A stretch of DNA of 64,000 bases from Dehalococcoidales bacterium. Its GTDB lineage: Bacteria; Chloroflexota; Dehalococcoidia; Dehalococcoidales; JAUWZL01. Position 1 is the first letter of the stretch, and each line of letters begins with the position of its first letter. Where the stretch lies: positions 19,606 through 83,605 of the forward strand of contig DAOUMC010000030.1 of assembly GCA_034413595.1 (NCBI GenBank), given 5' to 3'. The position numbers and the translations under genes are program-made. The notes beneath the pieces were generated by a model, which did no database searches, was not told where the DNA came from, and worked only from the letters and a program-made list of their open reading frames with translations. Positions 18,415 through 26,813 of the stretch are shown in pieces.

Positions 18415-18435
18415 CACGGTACTTCGAGTGCATCT

Positions 18436-18499
18436 AAGGGGGCTTCCGTCCCTCTTTTCTTCCCCATCTCTTGGCAGGAGAGGGGATAAAGGGGGTGAG
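18436..18499. repeat. Hairpin repeat cluster at the right border of the AT-rich islet
   Basis: AAGGGGGCTTCCGTCCCTCTT, CCCCATCTCTTGGCAGGAGAGGGG and GATAAAGGGGGTGAGG, all related to the dispersed family. Confidence 0.65.
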
Positions 18500-18503
18500 G
18501 TGG

Positions 18504-19475
18504 CTACACCAGCCTCATATTCTTCTTGACTTCTTTTAGGGTCTTCCGGGCAATCACCCGGGCGCGTCTGGCGCCGTCGGCCAGAACATCGGCAATGTAT
18601 TTGGGGTCGGCCTCAAACTGCGCCCGCCTTTCTCTTATTGGTTTAAGGGCGGAGTTGATTACCTCAGCCAGCAGCGCCTTGCAGTCAACACAGCCAATCT
18701 CGGCCTGGCGGCACTGCTGGGCCAGCCTGCTTACCCTGGTGGAGTCAAAGTAGCCCATTAGCTTGTAGACGTTGCATTTTTTGGGGTGCCCAGCGTCGGT
18801 GCGGTATATACGGGTGGGGTCGGTAAAGGCGGTCATTATCTTGGCTCTGGTCTCCTCGGCGGTCATCGCCAGCTCGATGTCGTTGCCCGCCTGCTTGCTC
18901 ATCTTCTCCTTGCCGTCCAGCCCGACCACCAGCGGATAGCTGGTTAGCTTGGCTTCAGGCTCGGGGAAGGTGTCGCCGTAAAGGCCGTTGAAGCGGCGGA
19001 CAATCTCCCGGGCAAGCTCAAGGTGGGGCAGCTGGTCTTCGCCGACGGGCACCACCTCAGCCTTGTAGAGCACGATGTCGGCCGTCATCAGCACCGGGTA
19101 GCCGAGAAGTCCGTAGTTCACGTTCTGCGGCTGGAGCTTGACCTTCTCCTTGAAGGTGGGCACCCTGAGCAGCCAGCTTAGCGGGGTGACCATGCCGAGC
19201 AGGGTGTGCAGCTCCATCACCTCGGGGACGTGGGACTGGACGAAGAGGGTGCTCTTCTCGGGGTCAAGACCAACCGCCAGCCAGTCAAGCATCATCTCGT
19301 AGATGTTCTGCTGGAGCTGGCTGGTGTCTTCCATTGAGGTCAGGGCGTGAATGTCAACGATGCAGTAGATGCAGTCATACTCGTCCTGGAGCTTGACCCA
19401 GTTCTGCAAAGCCCCCAGGTAGTTGCCTATGTGCTGCCTGCCGGTGGGGCGGGCTCCGGAAAAGATGCGCTTCAT
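18504..19475 (-). CDS. trpS: Tryptophan--tRNA ligase
   Basis: MKRIFSGARPTGRQHIGNYLGAL...KMSKQ (KMSKS-like), 323 aa. Confidence 0.95.
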   Translation of the reverse strand: MKRIFSGARPTGRQHIGNYLGALQNWVKLQDEYDCIYCIVDIHALTSMEDTSQLQQNIYEMMLDWLAVGLDPEKSTLFVQSHVPEVMELHTLLGMVTPLSWLLRVPTFKEKVKLQPQNVNYGLLGYPVLMTADIVLYKAEVVPVGEDQLPHLELAREIVRRFNGLYGDTFPEPEAKLTSYPLVVGLDGKEKMSKQAGNDIELAMTAEETRAKIMTAFTDPTRIYRTDAGHPKKCNVYKLMGYFDSTRVSRLAQQCRQAEIGCVDCKALLAEVINSALKPIRERRAQFEADPKYIADVLADGARRARVIARKTLKEVKKNMRLV

Positions 19476-19610
19476 GTTTCTCCTTTAAGCTGGAAGTGTA
19501 GCATAAATTTGAAAGAGACGGCAATGCTGTCCTCGTTAGTATGATTAGAGGCACGTCTATGCCAGTCAAAATAGGGGGATTTCTCGGATAGGGCTAGCGA
19601 ATTTAAGGGT

Positions 19611-20468
19611 TCAGGCTTGAGCCAGGTATTCAAGCTTTGCCATCACTTCATCTATGGTCGGCTCATCAGTGGACGCCCCTGAGGTCACTCCGATGGAGCT
19701 CTTCCCTTCAAGCCAGGAGGCCTCAATTTCATCGGCGGTCTCAATGGGATAGGTCTCGGTTACTCCGGAGCACAGCTCTACCAGGTGCCGGGTGTTGGCG
19801 CTGTTGTGCCCGCCGACAACAAGAATCACGTCTACCTTCTCGGCCAGCTTCAGAGTATCGTTCTGGCGCTGCCGGATGTCATGGCATATGGTGTCAATAA
19901 TGTGGAGCTCGGAGTCCTTGACCAGGGCACGGTCAATAAGCTCCCTGGCAAACCGGGCGAAGAAGGCCGGAATCTGTGTTGTCTGAGACAGGACGCCCAG
20001 GCGGCGCGGCAGGTTGTCAAGCCGGACTAAGCTCTGGCTGTCCTGAATGGCTGTCCCCTTGCCGTTAGCCCAGCCAAGTATGCCCTTGACCTCGGGGTGG
20101 CTGGCATCGCCAAAGACTATAGTGTAGAATCCAGATTCAGCCAGCTTTCTGGCGGCCACCTGGGCCCTCCTGACAAAGGGACAGGTGGTATCAATAACTT
20201 CAATGCGGCGGGCTCTGATTTCCTCAATCACCTGCGGGCTTACGCCGTGGGCGCTGATGACCACCAGGCTGCCCTGGATTGCGTCAACGCTGTTGACCAC
20301 GCTGACGCCCCTTTCGGCCAGCCGCCTGAGCACCTGCTGGTTATGCACCACGGCGCCCAGGGTTTCTATCCCGCCCTGCTCACCGGCGACCCTCTCCAGA
20401 ATATCAATGGCCCGCCTGACACCCATGCAGAAGCCGATGTTGGATGCTTTCTTAATCTCTAGCGCCAT
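19611..20468 (-). CDS. ispH: 4-hydroxy-3-methylbut-2-enyl diphosphate reductase
   Basis: IGFCMGVRRAI...TCPFV...VVGGHNSANT. 285 aa. Confidence 0.9.
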   Translation of the reverse strand: MALEIKKASNIGFCMGVRRAIDILERVAGEQGGIETLGAVVHNQQVLRRLAERGVSVVNSVDAIQGSLVVISAHGVSPQVIEEIRARRIEVIDTTCPFVRRAQVAARKLAESGFYTIVFGDASHPEVKGILGWANGKGTAIQDSQSLVRLDNLPRRLGVLSQTTQIPAFFARFARELIDRALVKDSELHIIDTICHDIRQRQNDTLKLAEKVDVILVVGGHNSANTRHLVELCSGVTETYPIETADEIEASWLEGKSSIGVTSGASTDEPTIDEVMAKLEYLAQA

Positions 20469-21103
20469 TTGCCTGTCCTGCGGGCATAACTGCCCCGCTG
20501 TTCCGGAGGGAGCAGTTCGGCGATATGCTTCATTGTAATGTCCGTCAGCCTTGAGAGCTCAAGTTTGGTCAATTTACCATCCACCCGGGGCAGGGTAAAG
20601 GCTTTGCCGACGTTAACCACTATCTCGGGACGGCGCCATATCCAGCTGAAGCCTTTTATCCTGGCGGTGCCGGTAATACCCACCGGAATGACCGGAGTCT
20701 GGCTGCGGGAGGCTATCAGCGCCGCTCCGTTAAAGGCGAGCTTCAGTTTTTGGCTATGGCTTCTCATCCCCTCGGGGAAGATGACCAGAGCTTTGCCATC
20801 GTCCAGAACCTGCATCGCCCTCCGCAGTGCTTTTCTGTCCGGCCGTCTTTTGCTGACCGGGAAAGCGCCGAAGCTGCTCATAATATATCCGATTATTCTG
20901 GAGTGGAAAACCTCCTCTTTGGCCATAAAATCCACCCTACGCCCGAGGCTGATTCCCAGAAGGGGTGAATCAACCAGATTGATATGGTTACTGACAAATA
21001 TCACCCCGCCCTGTTCGGGAACGTTTTCCCTGCCCCTGACTCTTCGTCTGGTGAGTAGTCCGAAAAGTGATACCAGTGTAAAACGGATGGCGTAATAGAG
21101 CAA
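20459..21103 (-). CDS. plsC: 1-acyl-sn-glycerol-3-phosphate acyltransferase
   Basis: HX4D motif SNHINLVD and FPEGMRS. TTG start. Confidence 0.85.
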   Translation of the reverse strand: MLYYAIRFTLVSLFGLLTRRRVRGRENVPEQGGVIFVSNHINLVDSPLLGISLGRRVDFMAKEEVFHSRIIGYIMSSFGAFPVSKRRPDRKALRRAMQVLDDGKALVIFPEGMRSHSQKLKLAFNGAALIASRSQTPVIPVGITGTARIKGFSWIWRRPEIVVNVGKAFTLPRVDGKLTKLELSRLTDITMKHIAELLPPEQRGSYARRTGKWR

Positions 21104-21277
21104 AGCACCCTAGACCCCGACAAAATGAGAACCCAGCTAGCTAATTATACTATCTGGGTGTGAGGGAAGACAATCCGGTCTTCTCCCTTTGACAGAGAGA
21201 GTGAGAAGGATTTTGACAGGCGAAGAGGGGGGTGGGTTACACCCCGGGGAACAAGCGCGGTAGACAATGGCTGTTGG

Positions 21278-21682
21278 CTACCCCTGGCTTTCGGCCTTGG
21301 CGATGCCTTTTAGCAGGGACAGGATGCCGATGACCGCCCGCTGGATGCTGGCCGGCTCTTGAGCCAAGACACGGTAGACATAGGGGTCAACATGATTGGC
21401 GGAATAGTCTGGTTGGGCCTCGGATATCGTGCTCGGCTGCTGTGGCAGATAACCGGCCAGGGCAAAGAGTTCATTAACGTCAAAACCCAGAGGCTCGGCT
21501 ATCTTCTGCAGAATGGTGGCTGATGGAAAGCGTTCCCCCCTCTCTATGCGGCCCAGGTATGAGGGAGAAACGCCTGACTTCTGGGTCATCTCCTGAAGCG
21601 TTAGAGGTATCATGAGCCTCTGCTGTCTTATCATCCGGCCGAAGTCCGTGCTGTTAGAACGGCCGGCTGTTTTGGCGGTCAT
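21278..21682 (-). CDS. XRE-family helix-turn-helix transcriptional regulator
   Basis: FGRMIRQQRLMIPLTLQEMTQKSGVSPSYLGRIERGERFPS. Start set to ATG 21682, 4 nt after the stop of the upstream gene. The longer 21730 start would overlap by 44 nt. Confidence 0.8.
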   Translation of the reverse strand: MTAKTAGRSNSTDFGRMIRQQRLMIPLTLQEMTQKSGVSPSYLGRIERGERFPSATILQKIAEPLGFDVNELFALAGYLPQQPSTISEAQPDYSANHVDPYVYRVLAQEPASIQRAVIGILSLLKGIAKAESQG

Positions 21683-21686
21683 TTTC

Positions 21687-22193
21687 TTACTGTGAAAGCC
21701 AGCGGTCAAAGTCTTCAACAGGCTGGTCAAGCTCTACATCCTCACCCTTGGGTTCTGGTTCTTTTTCGGGGCGGGTACTACCAACATTGTCTGAGGCTTC
21801 GGGCTTTGTCTCGGCAGGTTCTGGTTCACCTTCGTCATCTATCTCCTGTCGTTTCCTGACCAGTTCCTCGACCTTTCGGCTGGATTGGGCGATAACCGAG
21901 GCTATGGCGTCGCTTGAGGCCTGCTCAATCCTTAGCATAATGGCTTCTTTTAGGGCATCGGCCATCTCAGCAGCCCTGGCCTTGTTTTCCTCTTTGATTT
22001 TTAGTACTATCTGCTTCGTCCTCTGCTCGTACTGGTGGAGAATCCGGCCCATCTCCTGCTCTGCTTCCTGCCTGGCTATTTTGCCTACCTTGCCGATAAG
22101 CTGTTCTGCCTCCTTGGCCAGTTCTGTCATAATCTCAGCGGCTCCGAGTTCAACCTTCTGGTTAGTCCCCCGTTCTATTTCTGCGGTATCCAT
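21687..22193 (-). CDS. Hypothetical coiled-coil protein with acidic Pro/Glu-rich C-terminus
   Basis: 168 aa with heptad-rich E/K/A/Q composition. First gene of a two-gene operon with the XRE regulator. Confidence 0.6.
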   Translation of the reverse strand: MDTAEIERGTNQKVELGAAEIMTELAKEAEQLIGKVGKIARQEAEQEMGRILHQYEQRTKQIVLKIKEENKARAAEMADALKEAIMLRIEQASSDAIASVIAQSSRKVEELVRKRQEIDDEGEPEPAETKPEASDNVGSTRPEKEPEPKGEDVELDQPVEDFDRWLSQ

Positions 22194-22219
22194 TGTTAGC
22201 TCCTACCTATTTATTCTTG

Positions 22220-22255
22220 ATTTTAACTACCTCAAGTTATTTGTAACTATCTCAA
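22220..22255 (-). promoter_or_regulatory. Promoter (-35 GTTACA, 16 nt, -10 TAAAAT) overlapped by two 12-nt direct repeats TTGAG(A/G)TAGTTA
   Basis: -10 at 22220-22225 and -35 at 22242-22247 (minus strand). Repeats at 22224-22235 and 22244-22255 are 20 nt apart. Confidence 0.45.
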
Positions 22256-22323
22256 TTTTTGATGATAATCGGCCGGATTACAATCACCCAATAGTAATCT
22301 AAAAATGGTAAAATAGTACTCTT

Positions 22324-23931
22324 TCAGGAGAGTTCTATTGCCTGACCGGCTGCGGGTAAGACAACGGCGGCGCTGCTGTCCAGGTGGTCAATGTAGAAGC
22401 CGGGGTATTCGCTGTGGACGGGCATAAGGACATCAGGCTTTATCTCCCGGGCAATCCTTATCAGGTCTGGGCTTGAAGCGTGACCCGAGGCGTGAAGCCC
22501 CTTCTCGGCTTCGGGTATCTGCCAGCAGCCGTCTTTCTCCCGGGGGAGCCCGAAGCCTTTGAATTTGAAGTGCTCCAGCCAGTTGTGGAGGCGACGGAAG
22601 TCAATCGCCTGCTCCTCGTCGTGAGGCTCACTGGAGCTATAAACGTAGAGACTGCCCGGTCTGGGGCGGATGCTGGGTAACTCGTTTAAGTCGAAGAAGC
22701 TGAAGCAGAGGATAAACTGTTCCTGGGCTGAGCCCACTTCATCCGCCAGAACAGTCTTACTCTGGTAGTCATCAAAGATATGGCGCCGCCACAGGCCGGG
22801 GGACTTGCTGGCGGTGGTATCCTGGTAGATAGCTAGGTTGTTGTCCTTAGCGATATCGGGGATTTGCCGGTCAAGGAGGCGCAGTGTCTTCAATAGGTAG
22901 GCGTCCTGGGGCAGTACGGCCAGCTTCCGGCCGGTAGACCTTGCAATCTCCAGGAAGGTGAGCAGCCGGTCTATGTCCCGGGCCGGGAAATCGGCGATGA
23001 CCAGTCCTCTGGCACCGGCAACGGCCTTCAGCGCGTTTTCGTAGACTTCGTCTTCGCTGACGCTGGTCTTGCGGTGCACGTTAGTACCCTCCAGGATGAG
23101 GACCCTGGGTTTAAGCTCAGCCGCCTGCCGGACGAAACCCTGTGTGAGCCGGGCGTGCTTGCCGTGCTGCCTGAGGTCGCCGCTGTAGATAATCCAGCCG
23201 GCACTGGTGTCGATGCCCCAGGCACAGGCGCCGGGAACGGAGTGGTCAACCGGGAAGCAGCGCAGGTCAAAGCCGCAGCTGCTGTGAGAAGTCAGGGGGC
23301 ACGAGACCAGCTCCTTTTGTCTGGCTGTTTTTTCCCAGAAACCCCATTGCCAGAACTGGACCGCCGGTTGGCTCAGCTCTTCCGGTCTGGCATCGGCCAG
23401 GCAGAACTGACGCTGCTTATTTGTTCTGTCATCACTGAGGCAGGCTGTCTGCTGCCAGCCGGACGGGCACTGGTATGAGGTCGGGCTGTAGTAGCACACC
23501 TGCTGGTCAAAGCCGGCCTTGCCTGAGTCCTGCATAGCTTTGGCGAGGAAGGCGGTCACCGTCGTGGCGTATACCGGTATGTCCTCTTTCAGGAATGAGA
23601 TATACCCGGAGTGGTCAAGGTGAGCGTGGGACAGCAGCACTCCATCTACCCGGCCTAACTTTCGGTAGAGCGGGTGGCTATGAAATTTGGGCCACAGCCC
23701 CGGTGTTACCAGGTCATCCCGGTAGAGCCCTTCCAAGGGTGGCAGCAGGCCCAGTGCCAGAGGGTCGAGCAGGCCGGCACCGCTTCGGGGCTTGAGATAC
23801 TCTTCATAGAACAGCTTGTATCTCTTGAAAGGGAAGCCGAAGTCCAGTAGCAGCCTCCGCTCGCCGTCCTCAAGGAGTATCTTGTTGCCGCCGATTTCGT
23901 TGATACCACCATAGAAGGTCAATTTTACCAT
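22324..23931 (-). CDS. MBL-fold metallo-hydrolase, beta-CASP/RNase J-like
   Basis: VKLTFYGGINEIGGNKILLED...LSHAHLDHSGY...HASGHAS. ATG 23931 is preferred (AGGGTGG Shine-Dalgarno) over GTG 23940. Confidence 0.7.
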   Translation of the reverse strand: MVKLTFYGGINEIGGNKILLEDGERRLLLDFGFPFKRYKLFYEEYLKPRSGAGLLDPLALGLLPPLEGLYRDDLVTPGLWPKFHSHPLYRKLGRVDGVLLSHAHLDHSGYISFLKEDIPVYATTVTAFLAKAMQDSGKAGFDQQVCYYSPTSYQCPSGWQQTACLSDDRTNKQRQFCLADARPEELSQPAVQFWQWGFWEKTARQKELVSCPLTSHSSCGFDLRCFPVDHSVPGACAWGIDTSAGWIIYSGDLRQHGKHARLTQGFVRQAAELKPRVLILEGTNVHRKTSVSEDEVYENALKAVAGARGLVIADFPARDIDRLLTFLEIARSTGRKLAVLPQDAYLLKTLRLLDRQIPDIAKDNNLAIYQDTTASKSPGLWRRHIFDDYQSKTVLADEVGSAQEQFILCFSFFDLNELPSIRPRPGSLYVYSSSEPHDEEQAIDFRRLHNWLEHFKFKGFGLPREKDGCWQIPEAEKGLHASGHASSPDLIRIAREIKPDVLMPVHSEYPGFYIDHLDSSAAVVLPAAGQAIELS

Positions 23932-23970
23932 TGCGACCACCCTTTACCATCTCAGGCCCTGAGGGAAAGC

Positions 23971-24825
23971 CTATCCCAGTTCGAGGCTGAAGTCCAGAGC
24001 CCGGGCTGAATGGGTTATGGCACCAACGGAGATATAATCAACACCGGCCATAGCCACATCGCGGACATTATCCAGGTTGATACCACCAGAGGCCTCGAGC
24101 CTGACCTTGTTTTTGACCAGCTCCACTACCTGCCTTGTATCACCGGGGCTCATGTTATCCAGCATGACGACATCAACCCCGGCCCGGGCCGCCTCCACAG
24201 CCTCGGCAGCAGTAGTCACCTCTATCTCAATCTTTGTCCCCGGAGGAACACCTTTTTTGGCCCTGGCGACGATGTCCTTAAGGCTCATGCCCAGCTGGCG
24301 GAGAGCGGCGATGTGGTTGTCCTTAATCAGGACGCCGTCACCCAGATGTAGGCGGTGGTTCTGCCCGCCGCCGACCCGCACGGCATACTTATCAAGCAGC
24401 CTGAGGCCGGGTAAGGTCTTTCTGGTATCGGTAATAACAGCCTTGGTGTCCTTTACCCGGGCGACATATCTGGCTGTCTCAGAAGCAACGCCGCTCAAGT
24501 GGCAGAGGAAATTGAGGGCTGTTCTCTCCGCCCTGAGGATGCCGGCCATGTTTCCGGTAATGGCGGCGACAACATCCCCGGCTTTTACCTTCCTACCATC
24601 GGGGATAGGTAATTCTACTTTAAGCAAGGGGTCTGCTTTTAGGAATACCAGCCGGACTATGTCACCACCAGCCAGCACCCCCTCTTCTTTGGCCACTATG
24701 AGCGCCCTGCCTTCTTGATGGGGCGGTATCAGCAGCCGGCTGGTTGTATCACCCCGGCCGGTGTCTTCCGCCAGAGCCAGCTCTATTATCTTGCTGATTT
24801 GCTCGTCGTCAGATGTTTGATTCAA
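23971..24825 (-). CDS. nadC: Nicotinate-nucleotide pyrophosphorylase (carboxylating)
   Basis: 284 aa with ERTALNFL...DTRKT.PGLR...KDNH. Overlaps the nadB stop by 4 nt. Confidence 0.9.
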   Translation of the reverse strand: MNQTSDDEQISKIIELALAEDTGRGDTTSRLLIPPHQEGRALIVAKEEGVLAGGDIVRLVFLKADPLLKVELPIPDGRKVKAGDVVAAITGNMAGILRAERTALNFLCHLSGVASETARYVARVKDTKAVITDTRKTLPGLRLLDKYAVRVGGGQNHRLHLGDGVLIKDNHIAALRQLGMSLKDIVARAKKGVPPGTKIEIEVTTAAEAVEAARAGVDVVMLDNMSPGDTRQVVELVKNKVRLEASGGINLDNVRDVAMAGVDYISVGAITHSARALDFSLELG

Positions 24826-26384
24826 GGCTTTTCTCCTTGCTTATCTTGAGTCAATACGATGTGCTTTTGCCATTCGGGAGAACTGCTGGGGAAATCGGAG
24901 CGGAAGTGAGCCCCACGGCTTTCCTCCCTCAAGAGGGCGGACTCGACCAGCAGGCGCCCGGTCAAGACCAGGTTTGCCAGTTCGTGCGACCGGCGGTCTT
25001 TGGGTGGAGGCAGGGACTTCTGCCAGGCGGCCAGTGTAGCCGCGGCCTGAGCCAGCCCTTCGCTGTCTCTGGTGATACCCGCATTATCCCAGAGGAGCTT
25101 CTGCAGCGCCGGCAGACTAAGTTGGGAAATACCCAGAGCCGGCCAATCCGTCCTGAGCCGGTAGCCTACCTCGGCATCAGCCGTGGTTTCCCTGGGCTTT
25201 GGTTCATCCATATGGCTGGTCTTTTCAATGATTCTTTTGTCAAAGACCAGGACTTCAAGGAGCGAGTTTGAGGCCAATCGATTGGCCCCGTGGACTCCGG
25301 TGACGGCGGCTTCACCGGCGGCAAAAAGCCCGGCGATGCTGGTTTCCCCCCAGCTATTGACCCTGATGCCACCAATCATGTAGTGGGCGGCGGGTGATAC
25401 CGGAATCCACTGTCGGGTCATGTCCAGGCCATGCTCCAGACAGAAGCGGTATATGTGAGGGAAGCGCGCCGCGGTGATGTGAGGTGGCAGATGAGTCACG
25501 TCCAGAAAGACATTGTCCTGCCCCGTCCTTTCCATTTCATGGAGGATGCTCCGCGCGACCACGTCGCGGGGTGCCAGCTCGGCCTGCGGTGAGTAGCCGG
25601 TCATAAAGCGAAGGCCATCCGAATTTCGGAGTATACCACCCTCTCCCCTCACCGCTTCTGATACGAGGAAAGGGGTCACCCCGGGCAGGTGCAGCGCCGT
25701 GGGATGGAACTGGAAGAATTCCATATCGACTATCTCGGCCCCGGCCCTGAAAGCCAGGGCGATGCCATCGCCGGTAGCCACCTCAGGGTTGGTGCTGAAC
25801 CTGAACAGCTGTCCGGCGCCGCCGGTAGCCAGTATCAGGAATCGGCAGCTAAACTCCCGGGTGGAGCCGGTGCGGCAGTTAAGAGCCTTAACACCGGTAG
25901 CCCGGCCGTTGTCCAGCACGATTTCGGTGACCAGATGGTCTTCAAGCACCCGGATTTCAGCCCGGCGGATTCTTTCGCTCAGCGTTATTTCTATGTGTTC
26001 ACCGGTGGCATCACCCCCGGCGTGAAGGATACGGGGAACGCTGTGGGCTGCCTCCAGTGTGAGGTCAATCTCCCCGTTAACGGTGTCAAAAGGGACGCCG
26101 AGATTGACCAGGTCAGTGATGCGGCCTGGGGCTTCACTGACCAGAATACGAACCGCCTCTTCGTTGCACAGACCGTCTCCGGCGGCTATGGTATCTTTGA
26201 AGTGTAACTCCGGTGAATCGTTGTCACCGATGGCGGCGGCGATACCCCCCTGGGCGTATCTGGTGTTGCAGTCTTGGATGCTGCCCTTGGTTATCAGGAG
26301 CACGCTCGCCTGTTCCTTGGCCAGCAGGGCGCAGTACAGCCCGGCAATACCACTGCCGACTATTATGTAGTCATAGCTCTTGAT
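24822..26384 (-). CDS. nadB: L-aspartate oxidase, ATC start codon
   Basis: The track ORF (from GTG 26303) lacks the FAD-binding fold. The upstream in-frame sequence is stop-P-(ATC)I-KSYDYIIVGSGIAGLYCALLAKEQAS. GGAGG (26395-26391) lies 6 nt upstream of ATC 26384. Confidence 0.85.
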   Translation of the reverse strand: MKSYDYIIVGSGIAGLYCALLAKEQASVLLITKGSIQDCNTRYAQGGIAAAIGDNDSPELHFKDTIAAGDGLCNEEAVRILVSEAPGRITDLVNLGVPFDTVNGEIDLTLEAAHSVPRILHAGGDATGEHIEITLSERIRRAEIRVLEDHLVTEIVLDNGRATGVKALNCRTGSTREFSCRFLILATGGAGQLFRFSTNPEVATGDGIALAFRAGAEIVDMEFFQFHPTALHLPGVTPFLVSEAVRGEGGILRNSDGLRFMTGYSPQAELAPRDVVARSILHEMERTGQDNVFLDVTHLPPHITAARFPHIYRFCLEHGLDMTRQWIPVSPAAHYMIGGIRVNSWGETSIAGLFAAGEAAVTGVHGANRLASNSLLEVLVFDKRIIEKTSHMDEPKPRETTADAEVGYRLRTDWPALGISQLSLPALQKLLWDNAGITRDSEGLAQAAATLAAWQKSLPPPKDRRSHELANLVLTGRLLVESALLREESRGAHFRSDFPSSSPEWQKHIVLTQDKQGEKP

Positions 26385-26412
26385 GGGTTACCTCCGGGCC
26401 ACTCTGCGGGAG

Positions 26413-26784
26413 TTAGAAGCTTTTAGCACCCTCTCCCTGTTTAAAGGCGATGCCACGTCGGGCTACTCTGATGGTGGCTCCTGATTCTATCTTAAGGACA
26501 ACACTGTCTTCAGCCAGGCTCTCAATCTGGCCGTAGATGCCACCTATGGTGACCACTCTATCCCCCGGCCTTAAGTCCGACAGAAGCTGATGTTGCTCCT
26601 GCTGCCTTTTGCGTTGCGGCCTAATGATGAGAAAATAGAAGATAGCGAAGAGCAACACCAGAAAGACAACCAGGTAGATGGTGCTGGTGGTATCTGTCGT
26701 CCCCGTGGTGGTGGTACAGCCACCCAGAGCTACCAGACTGATAATTGACGCCAGTCCCAGAACCGGGAGTACAATCCTTTTCAT
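26413..26784 (-). CDS. yajC: Preprotein translocase subunit YajC with N-terminal lipoprotein-like extension
   Basis: FYFLIIRPQRKRQQEQ...GDRVVTIGGIYGQI core, preceded by MKRIVLPVLGLASIISLVALGGC and a Thr-rich linker. Confidence 0.8.
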   Translation of the reverse strand: MKRIVLPVLGLASIISLVALGGCTTTTGTTDTTSTIYLVVFLVLLFAIFYFLIIRPQRKRQQEQHQLLSDLRPGDRVVTIGGIYGQIESLAEDSVVLKIESGATIRVARRGIAFKQGEGAKSF

Positions 26785-26813
26785 TTCTCCTCCTTAAAAT
26801 TAGTCGTGCTGGC

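Noticed and set aside
18411-18437. CIRCE-like sequence TTAGCACGG-TACTTC-GAGTGC-ATC-TAA at the right edge of the nuclease islet
   Set aside because: The left half matches the CIRCE consensus 7/9. The right half is disrupted by a 3-nt displacement, so the inverted repeat is broken. No heat-shock gene or promoter is adjacent, because it lies between convergent 3' ends. It is probably a chance match or a dead relic.
22300-22320. Plus-strand TGgTAAAAT extended -10-like element at about 22306
   Set aside because: It points into the 3' end of the convergent MBL-hydrolase gene with no downstream plus-strand ORF. It is likely fortuitous in AT-rich spacer DNA.
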